NCBI GenBank assembly: GCA_035764775.1
Contig: DASTYQ010000054.1
Location: 1 to 53,992, forward strand
Length of the DNA stretch: 53,992 nucleotides
Source of the DNA: Gaiellaceae bacterium
Lineage (GTDB): Bacteria; Actinomycetota; Thermoleophilia; Gaiellales; Gaiellaceae
Direction: 5' to 3'
Shown here: positions 17,302 through 25,987 of the stretch, in pieces
Layout: every line of letters starts with the position of its first letter
How positions within the stretch are numbered: position 1 is the first letter of the stretch
Program-made: the position numbers and the translations under genes
The notes under the pieces: generated by a model
The model's input: the letters and a program-made list of their open reading frames with translations, nothing else
Database searches by the model: none
What the model was told of the DNA's origin: nothing

Positions 17302-18011
17302 CTATGGCTACGATCTCGATCGAGGACCTGAGCGTCGTTCGCGGCGGCCGCGAGGTGCTGCACCGACTCGACCTCGAGATCGAGCCCGGGTCGGTGACAG
17401 GGCTGCTCGGGCCGAGCGGAAGCGGCAAGTCGACGCTCATCCGCGCGATCGTCGGGGTCCAGATCGTCGCCCGCGGTCGCGTGACCGTGCTCGGTCTCGC
17501 CGCCGGCTCGGCGGCGCTGCGACGACGCGTCGGCTACGTCACCCAGGCGCCGGCCGTCTACGACGATCTCACCATCCGCGAGAACCTCGAGTACTTCGCG
17601 CGGATCGTCGGGGTCGGACACGATCGGGTCGAGGCGGTGATCGACCGGGTCGGGCTGCGAGGACAGCGAGATCAGGTGGCGGCGACGGGCTCGGGAGGCG
17701 AGCGGGCGCGGCTGTCGCTTGCGACCGCGCTCCTGCACGAGCCCGAGGTGCTCGTCCTCGACGAGCCGACCGTGGGCCTCGACCCGGTGCTGAGACGCGA
17801 CCTGTGGGCGTTCTTCCGCGAGCTTGCCGACGGCGGCTCGACGCTGCTCGTGTCCAGCCACGTCATGGACGAGGCCGCGCTGTGTCAGCAGTTGATTCTG
17901 ATCCGGGACGGGGACGTCCTCGCCGTCGAGACGCCGGACGAGCTTCGCGAGCAGACGGGCGAGCGAGATCTCGACGCTGCCTTCCTGCATCTGATCGAGG
18001 GGCACGCGTGA
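17295..18011 (+). CDS. ABC transporter ATP-binding protein (ABC-2 / DrrA-like exporter)
   Basis: GPSGSGKSTL, SGGERARLSLA, LVLDEPT. An alternative start is ATG 17304. Confidence 0.9.
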   Translation: MNSMATISIEDLSVVRGGREVLHRLDLEIEPGSVTGLLGPSGSGKSTLIRAIVGVQIVARGRVTVLGLAAGSAALRRRVGYVTQAPAVYDDLTIRENLEYFARIVGVGHDRVEAVIDRVGLRGQRDQVAATGSGGERARLSLATALLHEPEVLVLDEPTVGLDPVLRRDLWAFFRELADGGSTLLVSSHVMDEAALCQQLILIRDGDVLAVETPDELREQTGERDLDAAFLHLIEGHA

Positions 18012-18745
18012 ACGCCGGGCCGACGGGCGCGACGGCGCTGCGCGTGCTGCGGCAGCTGCGCCGCGACCCGCGGACGGTCGCCTTGATCGTCGTCGTGCCG
18101 TGCGTGCTGATCTTCCTGGTCGACCAGCTCTTCGTCGATCAGCCGCAGGTCTTCCAACAGGTTGGCGTGCCGCTCCTCGGGCTCTTCCCATTGATCTCGA
18201 TGTTCCTCGTCACGTCGATCACGATGCTCCGCGAGCGCACGGGAGGAACGCTCGAGCGCCTGCTCACGCTTCCCCTCGCCAAGCTCGACATCCTGCTCGG
18301 GTACGCGATCGCGTTTGCGGCCTTTGCAACGCTGCAGGCCGTCGTCGTCTCGCTCGTCGGCTTCGGCCTCCTCGACCTCGAGGTCGTGAACCCCACGGTT
18401 CTCGTGATCGCGCTCGCCGTCGCGAACGCGATCCTCGGCATGGCGCTCGGGCTCTTCCTCAGCGCGTTCGCGCGCACGGAGTTCCAGGCGGTCCAGTTCA
18501 TGCCGGCGTTCATCCTTCCCCAGATCCTCCTCTGCGGCCTCCTCGTCCCCCGGGACGAGATGGCGGAGTGGTTGCAGGTCGTCTCCGCCCTCATGCCGTT
18601 CACTTATGCCTACGACGCGCTGTCGCGAGCGGCGGACGACCCGACGCTGGGCGCCCGGTTCTGGTTCGACGTCGTCGTGGTGGCCGGGGTGACGCTGGCC
18701 GCACTCGCGCTCGGTGCCGCGACGCTGCGGCGTCGAACGCCGTGA
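18008..18745 (+). CDS. ABC-2 type transporter permease
   Basis: RQLRRDPRTVALIVVVPCVLIF... with multiple TM segments. GTG 18008 overlaps the ATPase stop (GTGA). Confidence 0.85.
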   Translation: MNAGPTGATALRVLRQLRRDPRTVALIVVVPCVLIFLVDQLFVDQPQVFQQVGVPLLGLFPLISMFLVTSITMLRERTGGTLERLLTLPLAKLDILLGYAIAFAAFATLQAVVVSLVGFGLLDLEVVNPTVLVIALAVANAILGMALGLFLSAFARTEFQAVQFMPAFILPQILLCGLLVPRDEMAEWLQVVSALMPFTYAYDALSRAADDPTLGARFWFDVVVVAGVTLAALALGAATLRRRTP

Positions 18746-18748
18746 CGC

Positions 18749-20137
18749 TCAGGCTGTCTTGACGGCCGAGATCAGCTTCAGCACCGACTCCTTCGCGTCG
18801 CCGAACAGCATCGTCGTTTTCGGGTCGAGGTAGAGCTCGTTGTCGATGCCTGCGAACCCGGGGTTCATCGACCGCTTCATGACGATGATGCTCGCGGCCT
18901 TGTCGACGTCGAGGATCGGCATGCCGTAGATCGGGCTCGCAGGATCGCTGCGCGCGGCGGGGTTCGTGACGTCGTTGGCGCCGATGACGAGCGCGACGTC
19001 CGTCTGGGGGAACTCGGGGTTGATCTCGTCCATCTCGAACAGCTGCGTGTACGGCACGTTCGCCTCGGCGAGGAGGACGTTCATGTGGCCCGGCATACGG
19101 CCCGCGACCGGGTGGATCGCGTACTTCACATCGACGCCCTTCTCCTCGAGGAGGTCGGCGAGCTGGCGAACGTCGTGCTGGGCCTGCGCGACCGCCATGC
19201 CGTAGCCGGGCACGACGATGACCTTGCGGGCGAACGACAGCTGAACGGCGACGTCGTCCGCTGTCGTCGCGCGAACCGTCCGCCCGTCGTCGGACCGGGC
19301 CTGTCCTGCACCGGCCTGCACCTGTCCGAACGCGCCGAAGAGGACGTTGGCGATCGAGCGGTTCATGGCCTTCGCCATGAGCAGCGTGAGCAGCGTGCCC
19401 GAGGCGCCGACGAGCATCCCCGCGACGATGAGGACGGTCGAGTCGAGCACGAACCCGGTCGCGGACGCGGCGAGGCCGGTGAACGCGTTCAGGAGCGAGA
19501 TCACGACCGGCATGTCCGCTCCGCCGATCGGGAGGACGAACATCACGCCGAAGGCGAGTGCGAGCACGATCACCGCGACGATCGCCCACTGCTCCTCGAG
19601 CCCGGCGACGATCGCGACACCGAGCACGGCCGCGACCGCGAGGACGAGGATGTTGACGACGTTCTGGCCGGGGAAGACGATCGGTCGCCCGCGCACGAGC
19701 TCCTGGAGCTTTGCGAACGCGACGAGCGACCCGGCGAACGAGATCGAGCCGATGAGCGCGGAGAGCACGATCGAGAGCGCTTCGTCCCAGGCCAGGACGC
19801 CGTCCGTCTCGTGGAACTCCGCGAGCGCGATCAGCGCCGCGGCGCCCCCGCCGACCCCGTTGAACAGGGCCACCATCTGCGGCATCGCAGTCATCTTCAC
19901 CCTGCGTGCGCCGACCAGTCCGGCGACGCTGCCGATCGCGGCAGCCACGACGATCAGCGCCCAGTTCGAGATCCCGTCGACGAGGAGCGTGGTCGCGATC
20001 GCGACGATCATCCCCACACCGCCGAGCCAGTTCCCGCGGCGCGCGTGCTTCGGAGACGAGAGGAAGCGCAGCGCGAGGACGAAGCAGACGATCGAGACGA
20101 GATAGAGAAGGCCGACGACGTCAGGGTCCGAGATCAC
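18749..20137 (-). CDS. pntB: NAD(P) transhydrogenase subunit beta
   Basis: 462 aa. Multi-TM N-terminus plus the C-terminal dIII domain (VIVVPGYGMAVAQAQH...GANDVTNPAA). Confidence 0.95.
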   Translation of the reverse strand: MISDPDVVGLLYLVSIVCFVLALRFLSSPKHARRGNWLGGVGMIVAIATTLLVDGISNWALIVVAAAIGSVAGLVGARRVKMTAMPQMVALFNGVGGGAAALIALAEFHETDGVLAWDEALSIVLSALIGSISFAGSLVAFAKLQELVRGRPIVFPGQNVVNILVLAVAAVLGVAIVAGLEEQWAIVAVIVLALAFGVMFVLPIGGADMPVVISLLNAFTGLAASATGFVLDSTVLIVAGMLVGASGTLLTLLMAKAMNRSIANVLFGAFGQVQAGAGQARSDDGRTVRATTADDVAVQLSFARKVIVVPGYGMAVAQAQHDVRQLADLLEEKGVDVKYAIHPVAGRMPGHMNVLLAEANVPYTQLFEMDEINPEFPQTDVALVIGANDVTNPAARSDPASPIYGMPILDVDKAASIIVMKRSMNPGFAGIDNELYLDPKTTMLFGDAKESVLKLISAVKTA

Positions 20138-20445
20138 GTCTCGTCGTCCTTCTTCGGCTCGGGCCGACGCTTGAACATCTCGAGCATCCGGTCGGTGACG
20201 AACCAGCCGCCGACCACGTTGGCGGTCGCGAGCACCATCGCGACGAAGCCGACGGTCTTCGTGAACGTGTCGTCGGCGAACCCGAGGATGAGGATCGCGC
20301 CGACGATGACGATGCCGTGGATGAAGTTCGTCCCCGACATGAGCGGGGTGTGCAGCATGGTCGGCACCTTCGAGATCACCTCGAAGCCGAGGAAGGCGGC
20401 GAGCACGAGGATCGTCAGCTCGACGACGAACGTGAGGTCGGTCAC
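20134..20445 (-). CDS. pntAb: NAD(P) transhydrogenase subunit alpha, part 2 (membrane)
   Basis: 103 aa with HTPLMSGTNFIHGIVIVGA. Start/stop overlaps on both sides. Confidence 0.9.
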   Translation of the reverse strand: MTDLTFVVELTILVLAAFLGFEVISKVPTMLHTPLMSGTNFIHGIVIVGAILILGFADDTFTKTVGFVAMVLATANVVGGWFVTDRMLEMFKRRPEPKKDDET

Positions 20446-21539
20446 GCGGCGTCTCCGTCCGGACGCGTGACGCAGGCGCCGCTCGTGATGTCGTCGTCCC
20501 AGTCGAGGACGAGCTCGCCTTCGGGGGCGAGATGCGAGAGCAAGGCGCCGACGTTCCGCGAGTAGAGCTGGCTCGCGTGGAACGCCATCGTCGACGGGAG
20601 GTTGCGGGTGCCGATGACGGTCACGCCGCCGTGGTCGACGACGTCACCCGGCACGGTCAGCTCGCAGTTGCCGCCGGTCTCCGCAGCGAGGTCGACGATC
20701 ACGGATCCCGCGCGCATGCGCTCGACCGCGCTCGCAGGGATGAGCTTCGGGGCCGGGCGGCCCGGCACGGCTGCGGTCGTGATCACGACGTCGAAGTCGG
20801 GGATTCGCTCCTCGAGAGCCGTCTGCTGTTGTGCCTGCTGCTCCGGGGTGAGCTCGGTCGCGTAGCCGCTGGCCGTCTCCTCGGTGCGCACGCCCAGATC
20901 GAGGAAGGTCGCGCCGAGGCTCTGCACCTGCTCGGCGACCGCCGGTCGCACGTCGAAAGCCGAGACGACGGCGCCGAGCCTCCTCGCCGTCGCGATTGCC
21001 TGCAGGCCCGCTACCCCGGCGCCGATCACGAGGGCGCGCACCGGAGCGATCGTGCCTGCCGCCGTCATCAGCATCGGGAAGAGACGCGGCACACGGTCGG
21101 CCGCGAGCAGGACTGCCTTGTAGCCGGAGACGGTCGCCTGCGACGAGAGTGCGTCCATCGACTGGGCGCGTGTGATGCGCGGAATGGACTCCATCGCGAA
21201 TCCCACGAGTCCGCGGTCTCGGAGCCGCGCGACCCCCTCGGCGTCGGTCAGCGGCTCGAGGAAGCCGACGACGATGGCACCTTCGGCGAGACCCTCGAGG
21301 CGCTCGGCAGTGGGTGCTGCGACACACACGATCCCGTCCGCGGACCGCGTGAGCGAGGCCGCGTCCGTGAGCTCGGCGCCGGCCGCCGCGTACTCGTCGT
21401 CTGCGAACCCGGCGGCCGTCCCGGCACCCTGCTCCACGCGGACCTCGAACCCGGCGTCGCTCAGCTTGGAGACTGTCTCGGGGACGAGCGCAACGCGCCG
21501 TTCGCCCTCCGCCGTCTCCCTCGGGACCGCCACTCGCAT
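20442..21539 (-). CDS. pntAa: NAD(P) transhydrogenase subunit alpha, part 1
   Basis: MRVAVPRETAEGERRVALVPETVSKL and VIGAGVAGLQAIATARRLGA. Confidence 0.95.
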   Translation of the reverse strand: MRVAVPRETAEGERRVALVPETVSKLSDAGFEVRVEQGAGTAAGFADDEYAAAGAELTDAASLTRSADGIVCVAAPTAERLEGLAEGAIVVGFLEPLTDAEGVARLRDRGLVGFAMESIPRITRAQSMDALSSQATVSGYKAVLLAADRVPRLFPMLMTAAGTIAPVRALVIGAGVAGLQAIATARRLGAVVSAFDVRPAVAEQVQSLGATFLDLGVRTEETASGYATELTPEQQAQQQTALEERIPDFDVVITTAAVPGRPAPKLIPASAVERMRAGSVIVDLAAETGGNCELTVPGDVVDHGGVTVIGTRNLPSTMAFHASQLYSRNVGALLSHLAPEGELVLDWDDDITSGACVTRPDGDAA

Positions 21540-21587
21540 GCGGTCGCGAACTCTACGGAGAGGCGGCGGCAGCCGGTCGCAGAACCG

Positions 21588-22655
21588 TCAGAGCGAGGCC
21601 CACACGTCGATCTTCGTGCGCGTGCGGCGGATCACCTCGTCCGTGAACGCGGCCGTGCCGTGGTGCCCGCCGAGGTCGGCTGTCCTGATGCCGTCGGCGA
21701 CTGCCTCGAGGCAGGCCTCGCGGATCGCTCGACCGGCGTTCTGGATCCCCTCGTCGTCCGCATGGGAGAGGAGGGCAGCGCCCGCGAGGATCATCGCCAT
21801 CGGGTTCGCGACGTCCTTCCCCTCGAGCGCCGGGGCGGTGCCGTGTGCGGCCTCCGCCATGAGAGCGCTCGGAACGTAGTCGTCACCGAAAGCGACGAGC
21901 AGCGACTCCGAGCCCGCGATCGAGCCGAAGAGCGGGAGGACGAGGTCCGAGAGGATGTCGCCGTCGCGGTTCAGCGCGGGGATCACCATCGGCGCGCCGC
22001 TCGACGAGATGAGCAATGCGAACGTCGCGTCGATGAGCTGCGGCTCGTACGGCACCTCCGGATGACGCTCGGCGGCCGCGTCCATCTCTTCCTTCAACAT
22101 GCCCTCGTAGATCGGGCTCACCGTGTACTTCGGACCGCCGAAGACCTTCGCGCCCATGCGCTCGGCCTGGCGGAACGAGAACTCGGCGACGGCGTGGCAG
22201 ATCCGCCGCTCGATGCGCTCCGTGCGGAGTGCGACCTCGTCGTCGCCGTGTCCTTCGCGCCACTCCTTCGCGCCGTATGCGTCTCCCACGGCCATGCGCA
22301 CGACCGAGATGGGCGCGTGCACGCCGCCGAGCGGGACGACACCGGGGATGCGCCGACCCGTGCGCACGATGACCTTCCCCCCGATCTCCTCGCGGAGGAT
22401 CCTGTTCGGCGACCCCACGTCGCCGGCGCTTTCCGGCGTCACCGTTGCGGCCTTCAGGCCGTAGCGGTGCTCACGGATGGCTGCGGCGGCCTCGTACACG
22501 ACGCCGTTCCGGGTGGAGCGACGGCCCTCGAGCGAGAGATCGAAGCGGACGAGGCCGAGCTCGACGCCGATGACGTCGGACGTGAGGATCCGGAGCGCCT
22601 CCTCGAGCAGCTCCTGTCCGGTCTGGTCGCCTTCGAGTACGACGATCGTCTGCAC
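21588..22655 (-). CDS. Isocitrate / isopropylmalate dehydrogenase family protein
   Basis: VLEGDQTGQELLEEAL...NRDGDILSDL...AEAAHGTAP. ORF 21588-22781 trimmed to GTG 22655, which has a TAGGAT box 7 nt upstream. Confidence 0.82.
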   Translation of the reverse strand: MQTIVVLEGDQTGQELLEEALRILTSDVIGVELGLVRFDLSLEGRRSTRNGVVYEAAAAIREHRYGLKAATVTPESAGDVGSPNRILREEIGGKVIVRTGRRIPGVVPLGGVHAPISVVRMAVGDAYGAKEWREGHGDDEVALRTERIERRICHAVAEFSFRQAERMGAKVFGGPKYTVSPIYEGMLKEEMDAAAERHPEVPYEPQLIDATFALLISSSGAPMVIPALNRDGDILSDLVLPLFGSIAGSESLLVAFGDDYVPSALMAEAAHGTAPALEGKDVANPMAMILAGAALLSHADDEGIQNAGRAIREACLEAVADGIRTADLGGHHGTAAFTDEVIRRTRTKIDVWASL

Positions 22656-22662
22656 GCGCGAG

Positions 22663-22668
22663 ATCCTA
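22663..22668 (-). promoter_or_regulatory. Candidate -10 box TAGGAT, 7 nt upstream of GTG 22655 (leaderless dehydrogenase gene)
   Basis: Minus strand reads TAGGAT-ctcgcgc-GTG. Confidence 0.4.
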
Positions 22669-22707
22669 CTCGGCGATCGCAGCGATAAATGTTCTACAAC
22701 AATATGC

Positions 22708-22736
22708 TTGCGGTTTACCGCGGACTTTTCTAGTGT
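22708..22736 (+). promoter_or_regulatory. Candidate sigma-A-type promoter TTGCGG-N17-TAGTGT for the small 4-Cys gene
   Basis: Located in a locally AT-richer spacer. GAAGGAGA SD at 22761-22768 and ATG at 22775. Confidence 0.35.
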
Positions 22737-22774
22737 TCCGTACCCCGTCAAGGCGAACTCGAAGGAGAATCGAA

Positions 22775-22972
22775 ATGGCACGAAAGACGATCCTCGTATG
22801 CGACAACTGCGGAAAAGAAGTGCCCGAGAGTCGCGGCGCCGTCATGCGTCTGAATTACACGGATGCGAGGCGCGGGTCGAAGCAGGCCGATCTCTGCGAC
22901 GACTGCGCTACAGGGATGCCGGGCCAGGCGGTCGCTCGTCGGGGCCGCCGGCCGAAGTCCGTCGCGGGCTAG
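22775..22972 (+). CDS. Small (65 aa) CxxC...CxxC protein with a basic tail
   Basis: MARKTILVCDNCGKEV...ADLCDDCATGMPGQAVARRGRRPKSVAG. Strong SD. ORF 22733-22972 trimmed to ATG 22775. Confidence 0.55.
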   Translation: MARKTILVCDNCGKEVPESRGAVMRLNYTDARRGSKQADLCDDCATGMPGQAVARRGRRPKSVAG

Positions 22973-23059
22973 GCCTGCAGCAGCCGTGCCGGCACCTGTC
23001 CGTCCGAAAGATGAGCGCTCTTTGCGCAGAGCGTACGAAGACGTGCCCAGGGCCGGGAC

Positions 23060-23065
23060 TACGAT
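23060..23065 (+). promoter_or_regulatory. Candidate -10 box TACGAT, 6 nt upstream of ATG 23072 of addB (leaderless)
   Basis: TACGAT-ggatcg-ATG. No SD present. Confidence 0.45.
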
Positions 23066-23071
23066 GGATCG

Positions 23072-25987
23072 ATGGCTCTTTCGCTCGTCGTCGGACCGGC
23101 GCACGTCGGCAAGGTCGCGCTGCTCCTGGAGCGCTACCTCGAGCTGCTCGACCGGGATCCCTGGCTCGTCGTTCCGAACCGGGTCGACGTAGACCGGGTC
23201 GAGCGCGACCTGATTCGTCGTCGTCCAGCACTGCTCGCGGGAACGATCGGGACCTTCGACGACCTCTTCCGGCACGTGGCCGACGAAGCGGAGAAGGCGC
23301 TTCCTGTCGCCACTGAGACGCAGCGTGCGTTCGCGGTTCGACGCGCCGTTGCGGGCCTGGAGCTCGAGGGCCTGCGTTCGTCCGCCACCACTGCCGGGTT
23401 CGCCGATTCGCTGCTCCATGCGATCGGTGAGCTCGAGGCGGGGCTCGTCGAGCCGGATGCGCTCGGCGGCGAGCTCGCGGTACTCGTCGCGGCGTATCGC
23501 ACCGAGCTCCGGCGGCTCGGCGCCCGCGATCGTGACGGCATGCGCCGCGACGCAGTGGAGCGGCTTCGCGGCGATCTCGTCGCCTGGGGCGGCGAGCCGG
23601 TCTTCGCCTACGGCTTCGAGGATCTCACCGGGGCGGAGTGGGCGCTCGTCGAGACGCTGGCCGCCCGCACCGACGTCACGCTCTCCATCCCGTACGAGCC
23701 CGGGCGCGCCGCCTTCGCTGCTCTGACGGGCACCGTCGAAGACCTCGCCGCGCTCTCGGGTGCGGGCATCGAGGAGCTGCCGCTCGTGACCGGCACCGTC
23801 GAGCCTCCCGCGCTTGCGCACATCGAGCGTGAGCTGTTCTCCGACGACCCTGCGGCGGGGCCCCCTCTCGACGGCTCGCTTCGCTTCCTCGAAGGCGCCG
23901 GGGCGCGAGGCACCGTCGAGCTCGTCGCGAGCGAGGTCGCAGCGCTGCTGCGCGGCGGGACGGCGCCCGAGAGCGTCGCCGTCGTCTGCGAGTCGGTCGA
24001 TCGTTGGCGGCTCCCACTCGAGGCGGCGTTCGCACAGCTGGGCATTCCCTGCGGAGTCGAGCATCCGCGACGCTTCGGCGAGACCGCTCTCGGCCGCGCA
24101 CTGACGTCGATCCTGCGCTACGAGTGGCTGGGTGGGGGACGCCGCGAGCTCTTCGCATTCCTCCGCTCGCCGTTTTCGGGCCTCGAGCGGCGCTCGGTCG
24201 ACTTCGTCGAAGGCCGCCTGCGTGGACGCGCTGTCGCGGAGCCCGGACGGGTGGAGGAGGAGAGCGAGCGGCTGCGCGGCGCACCCGTCCCGGCTCTCGT
24301 CGACCTCCGTGCGAACGACGACCCGGTTGCGGCGGCACGGACGCTCCTGGCACTCATGGTGCGGAACGCCTGGGGGCTCGAGTCGCCGCCGACCACCGAT
24401 GATGCGCGGGGCGATGCACGCGCGTATCGCGCGGCCGAGCGAACCCTCGGCGAGCTCGCAGCGATCGGTGGAGCGGACATCGAGGTTCCACGGGAGGACG
24501 TGCTCGCCGCGCTCGAGCGAACACGCCTCGCACCGGAAAGTCCCGCGAGCGGACGCGTGGCCGTGCTCGACCACGAACGGGCGAGGACGCGGTCGTTCGA
24601 GGTCGTGTTCGTCCTCGGTCTCGAGGAAGGGTCGTTCCCGCGACGCGGGCGTCCGTCGCCCCTTCTCAGCGACGAGCTCCGCGCCGAGCTCGGGAGCCGG
24701 CTCAAGCGCCCCGACGCCGTCGCCCGCGACCGTTACCTCTTCTATACGACCTGCACCCGAGCCACCAGGCGGCTCGTCCTCGTGCGCGAAGCGGCTGGCG
24801 ACGAGGGTGTTCCGCGCGAGGCGAGTCCCTTCTGGGAGGACGTTCGGTCGCTGTTCGACGCCGCCGACGTGCAGCGCGCGACGCGACGCCGGTCGCTCTC
24901 GGCACTCACGTGGCCGCTGGAGTCGGCTCCGAGCTCGCGCGAGCGGCTCCGCGCGCTCGTGAGGCTCGCCGCCGACGACGAGGACGGCGCGAACGCGCTC
25001 GCCGCTGCGAACGACTGGTCGCGACGCCTCGATCGAGCTCGCTCCGCGTTCGATCGCGCGACCCCGCTCCGAGGACCTGCGGTGGTCGCTCCCTTCGCCG
25101 CGAAGCAGGTCTTCTCCGCGACGGAGCTCGAGCGCTTCGCCGACTGCTCGTCGGCGTGGTTGGTCGAGCGCGTGATCGACCCGAAGAAGATCGACGCGGA
25201 GCCCGACCCGATCCTCCGAGGCTCGGTCGTGCACACGACGCTGAACCGCTTCTACGCATCCCTCCCGCGCGAGCTCGACTCCGAGCGCGTGACCGAGGAG
25301 AACCTCGAGGCTGCGATCGAGCTCGTCCATCGCTGCCTCGACGCGGCGATCGAGTCCGGCGTGCGGCTCGACCTCACCGAGCTTCAGGAAGCCGAGCTGC
25401 GGCACACGCTGCGCGTCGACCTCGAAGGCTTCCTGCGCGACGAGGCGGCATCCGAGGTGCAGTTCGTGCCGCGACGACTCGAGGTCGCATTCGGCTCGGA
25501 GCGTGCAGCGCCGGAGCTCCAGCGGGGCCTGCAGCTCGCGGACGACCTCTGGCTCTCGGGGAAGATCGACCGGATCGACATCGACCCGTTTTCCGCGCGG
25601 GGCATCGTCCAGGACTACAAGTCGGGCAAGGGTGCGCACTCCGCGCGCGAGATCGACCGCGAGTTCCGCCTCCAGATCCCGCTGTACGTGCTCGCGCTTC
25701 GCGACCTCGTCGGGGTCGAGCCGCTCGGCGGCGTCTACCGCGCGCTCGCCGGACGGAGGCTCACACGCGGGATGCTCCGGGAATCGGCCCGCGAGGACCT
25801 CCCGGGGTTTGCGAAGGACGACTACCTCGACGAGGACACCTTCTGGAGCCAGGTCGAGGCTGCGCGCGAGCGGGCCGCCGAGAACGCCCGGCGCATCCAG
25901 GGCGGAGACGTGCGCCATGATCCGAAGGGCGACGGCTGTCCCCCGTGGTGCGACCTGTGGCCCATCTGTCGGGTGGCGCGCGCATGA
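23072..25987 (+). CDS. addB: AddB/RexB-type helicase-nuclease subunit (PD-(D/E)XK nuclease with a Cys cluster)
   Basis: 971 aa. Degenerate P-loop GPAHVGKV. Nuclease motif GKIDRIDI...QDYKSG. Cysteines FADCSS...GCPPWCDLWPIC (nt 25937-25969). Stop overlaps the addA ATG. Confidence 0.85.
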   Translation: MALSLVVGPAHVGKVALLLERYLELLDRDPWLVVPNRVDVDRVERDLIRRRPALLAGTIGTFDDLFRHVADEAEKALPVATETQRAFAVRRAVAGLELEGLRSSATTAGFADSLLHAIGELEAGLVEPDALGGELAVLVAAYRTELRRLGARDRDGMRRDAVERLRGDLVAWGGEPVFAYGFEDLTGAEWALVETLAARTDVTLSIPYEPGRAAFAALTGTVEDLAALSGAGIEELPLVTGTVEPPALAHIERELFSDDPAAGPPLDGSLRFLEGAGARGTVELVASEVAALLRGGTAPESVAVVCESVDRWRLPLEAAFAQLGIPCGVEHPRRFGETALGRALTSILRYEWLGGGRRELFAFLRSPFSGLERRSVDFVEGRLRGRAVAEPGRVEEESERLRGAPVPALVDLRANDDPVAAARTLLALMVRNAWGLESPPTTDDARGDARAYRAAERTLGELAAIGGADIEVPREDVLAALERTRLAPESPASGRVAVLDHERARTRSFEVVFVLGLEEGSFPRRGRPSPLLSDELRAELGSRLKRPDAVARDRYLFYTTCTRATRRLVLVREAAGDEGVPREASPFWEDVRSLFDAADVQRATRRRSLSALTWPLESAPSSRERLRALVRLAADDEDGANALAAANDWSRRLDRARSAFDRATPLRGPAVVAPFAAKQVFSATELERFADCSSAWLVERVIDPKKIDAEPDPILRGSVVHTTLNRFYASLPRELDSERVTEENLEAAIELVHRCLDAAIESGVRLDLTELQEAELRHTLRVDLEGFLRDEAASEVQFVPRRLEVAFGSERAAPELQRGLQLADDLWLSGKIDRIDIDPFSARGIVQDYKSGKGAHSAREIDREFRLQIPLYVLALRDLVGVEPLGGVYRALAGRRLTRGMLRESAREDLPGFAKDDYLDEDTFWSQVEAARERAAENARRIQGGDVRHDPKGDGCPPWCDLWPICRVARA

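Noticed and set aside
9039-18191. Other long shadow ORFs (9039-10745, 13557-15152, 13931-15655, 15243-16277, 16019-17278, 16365-18191)
   Set aside because: They overlap well-supported genes on the other strand or frame. They have extreme Arg/Pro/Gly content and no recognisable domains.
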